Positions 58,125-64,000 of a DNA stretch of 64,000 bases are shown in pieces. The notes beneath the pieces were generated by a model. That model ran no database searches and was not told the origin of the DNA. It saw only the letters and a list, made by a program, of their open reading frames with translations. How positions within the stretch are numbered: the first letter of the stretch is position 1; each line of letters begins with the position of its first letter. Both the position numbers and the translations under genes were made by a program. The stretch comes from Deltaproteobacteria bacterium (GTDB lineage Bacteria > Myxococcota > Kuafuiibacteriia > Kuafuiibacteriales > Kuafuiibacteriaceae): NCBI GenBank assembly GCA_040218735.1, contig JAVJQW010000011.1, positions 448,001-512,000 of the forward strand. Reading direction: 5' to 3'.

Positions 58125-61100
58125 TGCGCTGGCTGGTCCGCTCGAGCCTCGAGCTCCGCGTCGCGATCGTCGCGCTCGCGGCGATCCTGATGGCGTTCGG
58201 TTTCTCGATCGCGCGGGACACACCGATCGACGTCTTCCCGGAGTTCGCGCCGCCGCGGGTCGAGATCCAGACGGAGGCGCCCGGCCTGTCGAGCTCGGAG
58301 GTCGAAGCGCTCATCACGGTGCCGCTCGAGAACGCGCTGTCGGGGACGGCGTGGGTCGACACCCTCCGATCGAAGTCGGTCCCCGGGCTGTCCTCGGTCC
58401 TGCTGATCTTCGAGCCCGGCACGGATCTGATGCGCGCGCGCCAGCTCGTGCAGGAGCGCGTCGCGATCGTCATCCCGCAGCTCCCCGACGTCGCACCGCC
58501 GCCGGTGATCCTCGCGCCGCTCTCCTCGACGAGCCGCGCCATGAAGATCGGCCTGCAGTCCGAGGAGCTGTCGCTGATCGAGCTGTCCACGCTCGCGCGC
58601 TGGACGATACGCCCGCGCCTCACCGCCATCCCCGGGGTGGCGAACGTCGCGATCTGGGGGCAGCGCGATCGGCAGCTCCAGGTCCTCGTGGATCCCGCGC
58701 GCCTCGAAGCCAACGACCTCTCGATCGACGAGGTCATGCGCGCCGCCGGTGACGCGACGCGCCCCGCCGCCGGCGGGTTCCTCGACATGCCGCTGCAGCG
58801 GCTCAACGTCACCCACCTCTCCCCGATCGAGGACGCCGAGGACCTCGCGCAGGTCGTCGTCCGCACGAACGCCGAAGGCGTGCTCACGCTCGGTGACGTC
58901 GCCGATGTCGTCGAAGGTCACCAACCGCTGATCGGCGACGGCGTGATCAACGACGAGCTCGGCATCCTGCTGATCGTCGAGAAGCAGCCGTGGGGCAACA
59001 CGCTCGAGGTCTCGCTCGAGGTCGAGAAGGCGCTGGAGGCGATGAAGCCGGGCCTGAAGGGCGTGCACGTCGACTCGACGATCTTCCGCCCCGCCACGTT
59101 CATCGAGCGCTCGATCGACAACCTCACCAGCGCGCTCTTCATCGGCTGCATCCTCGTCATCCTCGTCCTCGGCGCGTTCCTCTACGAGTGGCGCACGGCG
59201 CTGATCAGCGTGCTCGCGATCCCGCTGTCGCTGGTCGCCGCGGGCATCGTGCTCCACTACCTGGGCGGCACGATCAACACGATGGTCCTCGCGGGCCTCG
59301 TCATCGCGCTCGGCGAGGTCGTCGACGACGCGATCATCGACGTCGAGAACATCGTCCGCCGCCTCCGCATCGAGCGCACCGTCGACAGCCCGCGCTCCGC
59401 GTTCCAGGTGGTGCTGGAGGCATCGCTCGAGATGCGCTCCGCGATCGTCTACGCGACGATGATCGTCATCCTCGCCCTCCTCCCGGTGTTCCTGCTGGAG
59501 GGCCTCTCCGGCGCCTTCTTCCGCCCGCTCGCCGCGGCCTACGCGCTCGCGGTGCTCGCGTCGATGTTCGTCGCGCTCACCGTGACGCCGGCGCTGTCGC
59601 TGCTCCTCCTCCCGCACGCGCCGCTGGAGGAGCGCGAGTCACCGATCACCACGAAGCTCAAGGACCGCTACGCCGCGTGGCTCCCGACCATGTTCGGGAA
59701 GCACCGCTTCGCAATGGGGGTCCTCGGCGTCCTGTTCGTCGTGGCGGCGGCGATCTACCCGTTCCTCGCGGAGGAGTTCCTGCCGCGCTTCAAGGAGCGC
59801 GACTTCCTGATGCACTGGGTGACGAAGCCCGGCACGTCGCTCCCCGCGATGAACCGCGTGACGATCGCCGCGAGCAAGGAGCTGCGCGCCATCCCCGGCG
59901 TGCGGAACTTCGGCGCACACGTCGGCCGCGCCGAGGTCGCCGACGAGGTCGTCGGCATCAACTTCACCGAGCTGTGGATCTCGATCGACGAGGAGGCCGA
60001 CTACGACGAGACCCTCGCGAAGGTGCAGGAGGTCGTCGACGGCTACCCTGGCCTGTACCGCGACGTGCTCACGTATCTGAAGGAGCGCATCAAGGAGGTC
60101 CTCACCGGTTCGAGCGCTTCGGTGGTCGTGCGCATCTACGGCCCCGACCTCGACGTCCTGCGCGACCAGGCGGCGCAGGTGGGCGCGGCGATCTCCAAGG
60201 TCGAAGGCGTCGTCGACCTCAAGGTCGAGCCGCAGGTGAACATCCCGCAGCTCGAAGTGAAGGTGGACCTCGCGAAGGCGCAGCAACACGGGTTGACGCC
60301 GGGCGAGGTGCGCCGCGCCGCGCAGACCATGGTGCTCGGCACGAAGGTCGGCGAGATCTACGAGCAGCAGAAGATCTTCGACGTCGTCGTCTGGGGCGCG
60401 CCGCACATCCGCCGCGACCCGACCTCCATGCGCCGCATGGAAGTGCAGACGCCGCGCGGCGATCTCATCCCGCTCGAAGCCGTCGCCGACGTCCGCATCG
60501 GTCCGGCGCCCAACTCGATCAAACGCGAGGGCGCCTCCCGCCGCATCGACGTCGGCTTCCACGTGAAGGGGCGCGCGCTGGGCGACGTCGTCACGGACGC
60601 GAAAGCCGCGCTCGCCAAGGTCGAGTTCCCGACCGGCTTCCACCCCGAGGTGCTCGGCGAGTACGCCGAGCGCGAGGCCGCGTCGGCGCGCATCAACACC
60701 CTCGGCCTACTCTCGGTGATCGGCATCGTGCTGATCCTCTTCACCGCGTTCGGCTCCACGCGCCTCACGGTGCTGATGTTCCTGACGCTCCCGTTTGCGC
60801 TGGTCGGCGGCGTGCTCGCGGCGCTCCTCACCGGCGGCGTGCTGTCGCTCGGTTCACTCGTCGGGTTCGTGACCGTGCTCGGCATCGCGGCGCGAAACGG
60901 GATCATGTTGATGTCGCACTACCAACACCTCGAGGACGAGGAAGGCATGACCTTCGGCCCCGAGCTGGTGCTGCGCGGCTCCGTCGAACGCCTCGCACCG
61001 ATCCTCATGACGGTGCTGACCACGTCGCTCGCGCTCATCCCCCTCGTCATCGCGGGGGAGCGCCCCGGGCACGAGATCGAGCACCCGATGGCGGTGGTGA

Positions 61101-61183
61101 TCCTCGGCGGCCTGGTCACCTCGACGGTGCTGAACCTCGTCTTCGTCCCGGCGCTCTACCTCGCCTTCGGCAAGAAGCGCTGA
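58121..61183 (+). CDS. CusA/CzcA-family heavy-metal-type RND permease
   Basis: [17 protein letters not shown]; TM4 [15 protein letters not shown]; GIAARNGI; ERLAPILMT; GGLVTST. Confidence 0.93.
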   Translation: MMRWLVRSSLELRVAIVALAAILMAFGFSIARDTPIDVFPEFAPPRVEIQTEAPGLSSSEVEALITVPLENALSGTAWVDTLRSKSVPGLSSVLLIFEPGTDLMRARQLVQERVAIVIPQLPDVAPPPVILAPLSSTSRAMKIGLQSEELSLIELSTLARWTIRPRLTAIPGVANVAIWGQRDRQLQVLVDPARLEANDLSIDEVMRAAGDATRPAAGGFLDMPLQRLNVTHLSPIEDAEDLAQVVVRTNAEGVLTLGDVADVVEGHQPLIGDGVINDELGILLIVEKQPWGNTLEVSLEVEKALEAMKPGLKGVHVDSTIFRPATFIERSIDNLTSALFIGCILVILVLGAFLYEWRTALISVLAIPLSLVAAGIVLHYLGGTINTMVLAGLVIALGEVVDDAIIDVENIVRRLRIERTVDSPRSAFQVVLEASLEMRSAIVYATMIVILALLPVFLLEGLSGAFFRPLAAAYALAVLASMFVALTVTPALSLLLLPHAPLEERESPITTKLKDRYAAWLPTMFGKHRFAMGVLGVLFVVAAAIYPFLAEEFLPRFKERDFLMHWVTKPGTSLPAMNRVTIAASKELRAIPGVRNFGAHVGRAEVADEVVGINFTELWISIDEEADYDETLAKVQEVVDGYPGLYRDVLTYLKERIKEVLTGSSASVVVRIYGPDLDVLRDQAAQVGAAISKVEGVVDLKVEPQVNIPQLEVKVDLAKAQQHGLTPGEVRRAAQTMVLGTKVGEIYEQQKIFDVVVWGAPHIRRDPTSMRRMEVQTPRGDLIPLEAVADVRIGPAPNSIKREGASRRIDVGFHVKGRALGDVVTDAKAALAKVEFPTGFHPEVLGEYAEREAASARINTLGLLSVIGIVLILFTAFGSTRLTVLMFLTLPFALVGGVLAALLTGGVLSLGSLVGFVTVLGIAARNGIMLMSHYQHLEDEEGMTFGPELVLRGSVERLAPILMTVLTTSLALIPLVIAGERPGHEIEHPMAVVILGGLVTSTVLNLVFVPALYLAFGKKR

Positions 61184-61189
61184 CCCGAT

Positions 61190-62749
61190 TCAGTCCGGGA
61201 CGTAGATCGCGCCCGTGTTCGTGACGAGGTCCGCGAGCCCGCCCCACACGAACATCCCGTGGTCGGTCCATGCGGCGTCGTGCCAGTAGCGCGCGGCCGG
61301 CGCGTTCTCCATCTCGACCGGCGTCCAGACGTCGCGCACCGGATCGTAGCGCGCGCCGTCGCCGAACACGACGCCATCGAAGACACGACCGCCCCACACG
61401 ATGACCTCCGTGCCCGACCACACCACGGTGTCGCTGACGCGCCCCGAAGGCGACCCCACCTGCGTCGTCAGACGCCAAGTCCGTGACGCGGGATCGAAGA
61501 GCTGCGCCTGGGTCTCGTCGCCGCGGCTCACCATCGAGAACACCTCGCTGCCGGTCCACACGATCGGGCTCCGCGTCCCGATGTCGAACGGCCGCTCGGG
61601 GACGCTCTCCCACTCACCGGTCGTCGGGTCGAACAACACCGGCGGTGCAAACGACCCCTCCAGGTACACGTGGGTCCCGGTCCACACCGCCTGGCGCGCA
61701 TCGGGCGCGACGGTCGTCGTCGGGATGGGGCGCCACGTGTCGGCGAGTGGGTCGTACAGCCCGCCGTCGTAGAACGTGTCGCCGTCGGCGCCGCCGAAGA
61801 CGAACATCTCGGTGCCGGTCCACACCAGGACGGGGTTCACGCGCGGCGCGGGCGCGCCGTTCGTCGTCATCGGCGACCACGCGTCGCCCGCGAGGTCGTA
61901 ACGCCACCCTGCGTTGGTCGTCCCGGCCGGCGTGCTGCCGCCCCACAGCAGAATTGCGTCCCCGGTGAAGACCTCGCTCCCCGTTCCGTAGTGATCGTCG
62001 GTGCGTTCGAGGCCGAACGGCGTCCACGTGCGCGCGATCGGGTCGTAGCGACCGCCGTCGAACAGCGCTCCCGTTCGCCCGAAGCCGCCGAACACGATCA
62101 CCTCGGTGCCCGTCCAGAAAGTGCGGTGGAGCCGCCGCGACGACGGCGCGCCGAAGCTTCGAACCTCGAACCAACCCGTGCATCGCCCGCAGTCGATCGT
62201 CGCGCCGCACCCGTCGTCGACGTCGCCGCACTCCAGGCCCAGGCACTCGGACTTCGCGACACACGTGGATTCACACTGCGAGGGCTCGCCGCTGCAGGTG
62301 AAGTCGGCCTCTACGGTGCACGTCGCGCTGCAGCCATCGCCGTCGCCGGTGTTCTGATCGTCGCAGGCCTCGTCACCGATGATTCGGCCGTCGCCGCACA
62401 GCGGCGTGCACGCGGCGGTTGGACAGGTCCAGCCGGTCTCGACCGCGCACGCGGAGCAGCCGTCGCCCGACTCGGCGTTGCCGTCGTCGCAGCCCTCGTC
62501 GCCGACCGTCAGTGCGTCACCGCAGACCGGCGTGCAGACGCTCGGCGCGCCTTCGCAGGCGTAGCCCGCCTCGATGGCGCAGAGCGCGCACCCCGCGCCG
62601 CCGTTCACACCGTTCGGGCCGACGTCGCAGGCCTCACCGACCTCGACGCGACCGTCGCCGCAGATCGGGTCGTCGGCGCACCCCGTCGTCGATGCGACGA
62701 TCGCTGCTGCGATCGCCGCGAGTGTCGTTCGTCCCCCAACCCCACGCAT
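61190..62749 (-). CDS. lipoprotein with myxobacterial cysteine-rich repeats (DUF4215-like) and Kelch-like propeller
   Basis: Three CGDG/CGDA..E.CD repeats, two ending GDGCS; repeated WTG.E..VFGG..G..YDP..W blades. Confidence 0.85.
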   Translation of the reverse strand: MRGVGGRTTLAAIAAAIVASTTGCADDPICGDGRVEVGEACDVGPNGVNGGAGCALCAIEAGYACEGAPSVCTPVCGDALTVGDEGCDDGNAESGDGCSACAVETGWTCPTAACTPLCGDGRIIGDEACDDQNTGDGDGCSATCTVEADFTCSGEPSQCESTCVAKSECLGLECGDVDDGCGATIDCGRCTGWFEVRSFGAPSSRRLHRTFWTGTEVIVFGGFGRTGALFDGGRYDPIARTWTPFGLERTDDHYGTGSEVFTGDAILLWGGSTPAGTTNAGWRYDLAGDAWSPMTTNGAPAPRVNPVLVWTGTEMFVFGGADGDTFYDGGLYDPLADTWRPIPTTTVAPDARQAVWTGTHVYLEGSFAPPVLFDPTTGEWESVPERPFDIGTRSPIVWTGSEVFSMVSRGDETQAQLFDPASRTWRLTTQVGSPSGRVSDTVVWSGTEVIVWGGRVFDGVVFGDGARYDPVRDVWTPVEMENAPAARYWHDAAWTDHGMFVWGGLADLVTNTGAIYVPD

Positions 62750-62785
62750 CTGCGGTTCGTATACTCGCCGCCCGCACGTTTGGGC

Positions 62786-63808
62786 TCAGCCGGGACACAT
62801 CTCGGCCTGGCACGTCCCCTCGTTGCAGTCGAAGGACGCGCACTCGTCCGAGAACGTGCACGTCTGCCCGACCGCCTTGCGCATCGCGCAGACGCCGCCG
62901 CTGCAGAAGCCGGTCGTGCAGTGGGCCGCCTCGGGCCCGTCGTCGTTGCAGGCCTCACCGAGCGCGGGCGGGAAGGTGCAAGTCCCGGCCATCGCGCAGA
63001 AGCCGATGACACACTCCTCGTCCCCGACGGTGCACGCGTCGCCGACCTTCTTGGCCGTGCGACACGCACGCGCGCCCTGCGGCCCGGCGCAGACGAGCTC
63101 GTCGGCGCACTGACGGAACGACGAGGTGCACACGGCGCCGGCGGCGAGCGGCTGCGCGCAGACCCCGTCGTCGTTGCACCACAGGGGCTCGGAACATTCG
63201 AAGGTCGAGTCACACGTCGCGCCGGCTTGTCCGTAGGCGCGGCAGATCGGATCGCCCGTGCCGTTGTACTGGCAGAACAGCCCGTCCGCGCACGAGGCCT
63301 CGGCACAGGACGCGCCGGGGCCGGCCTCGTTCACGAGGGTGCAGCTCCCGGAGCAGGCGTCCGGAGCGATCATGCAGCGCGTCCCCGCGATGCAGTGTTG
63401 TTGCTCGGTGCAGCTCTCCCCCGCGGCGATCGCGCCGACGAACGTCTCGTCACACGCTGCGATGTCGAGCGCCGTCCCGCCGCACGACGCCGACCCGACC
63501 GCAGTGTTACACGCCGAGCCCTTGGCGGCGCTGAACGACAGGCGCGCCGCGCGGACGTCGTCCTCGATCTCGGTGCAGAACGCGTCGTCGACGAGGCGCG
63601 ACCAGTCGGCCGCCGTCCCCCCGAAGCAGCGCGCGTAGTACGTGCGCAGGTTGCCGTAGACGCGCGTGCACCACGCCTTCGCCGACAGCGCCGCCGCGTC
63701 CCCCGTTCCGCTGACGTCGGTCATGCCGGGGTCCTTGATGTCGGTCGTGCGCTCGGTGCCGGAGCACGCCACGGCGAAGGTGAGCAGGAAGAGGATACGC
63801 GTCCGCAT
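62786..63808 (-). CDS. cysteine-rich lipoprotein
   Basis: Lipobox AVAC; repeated GxxC..C..GLxC..C units. Confidence 0.8.
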   Translation of the reverse strand: MRTRILFLLTFAVACSGTERTTDIKDPGMTDVSGTGDAAALSAKAWCTRVYGNLRTYYARCFGGTAADWSRLVDDAFCTEIEDDVRAARLSFSAAKGSACNTAVGSASCGGTALDIAACDETFVGAIAAGESCTEQQHCIAGTRCMIAPDACSGSCTLVNEAGPGASCAEASCADGLFCQYNGTGDPICRAYGQAGATCDSTFECSEPLWCNDDGVCAQPLAAGAVCTSSFRQCADELVCAGPQGARACRTAKKVGDACTVGDEECVIGFCAMAGTCTFPPALGEACNDDGPEAAHCTTGFCSGGVCAMRKAVGQTCTFSDECASFDCNEGTCQAEMCPG

Positions 63809-63878
63809 GCCGCGCTCATCCCTCGACTGAGGGCGAACGACAAGCACGAACGCGCGTGTGATCGCGAAAACGTCGCTC

Positions 63879-64000
63879 TCAGTTGCAGCTCATCGGCGGC
63901 ATCGCGTCGATCCACGCCCGCACGACGCGCGCGCCGAGGTCGTGTTTCAGGCTTCGGCCGAGCAGCGGCATCATCTCTCCGACGTTCTCGGTCTCGGTCC
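63879..64000 (-). CDS. C-terminal fragment of a probable SO2930-family diheme cytochrome c
   Basis: Reverse frame reads TETENVGEMMPLLGRSLKHDLGARVVRAWIDAMPPMSCN*, matching the MPxLGRSxxHxxG..WI ending; only 39 aa visible. Confidence 0.55.
   Translation of the reverse strand, partial: TETENVGEMMPLLGRSLKHDLGARVVRAWIDAMPPMSCN

Noticed and set aside
55666-61183. RND operon as exporter of the neighbouring collagen
   Set aside because: Permease is CusA/CzcA-type and the collagen has a Sec signal peptide; adjacency alone is not evidence

Overview
GC-rich (about 70% by eye), gene-dense chromosomal segment that looks like a Myxococcota/deltaproteobacterial genome: Cys-rich lipoproteins, myxobacterial cysteine-repeat, PEGA and vWA proteins, a Ser/Thr kinase-FHA module and a Myxococcus-type LexA box. 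About 47 CDSs; no rRNA, tRNA, transposase/integrase or CRISPR array was seen. Routine genes include rnhB, an MPG glycosylase, a long-chain acyl-CoA ligase, a GreA/B-family factor, a hybrid kinase, several alpha/beta hydrolases and a TolC-MFP-RND efflux operon. Highlights: (1) a single-chain adenosine-deaminase-fold + SLOG + ADP-ribose-type Nudix protein (25711-28248), either an ADP-ribose catabolic assembly line or a nucleotide-sensing deaminase effector; (2) an aldo/keto reductase fused to a PNKP-like kinase and a HAD domain (46260-48011), a candidate nucleic-acid end-healing enzyme; (3) a stand-alone radical SAM/HhH protein with a LexA-like palindrome at its start codon and a beta-clamp-like motif; (4) a secreted collagen with about 233 uninterrupted, mostly uncharged Gly-X-Y triplets; (5) a coupled paralog pair of large membrane proteins, one with an inserted LysM; (6) a dead-PGRP + M15A peptidase lipoprotein; (7) many apparently leaderless promoters. 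All family calls come from reading motifs by eye; no database search was run.
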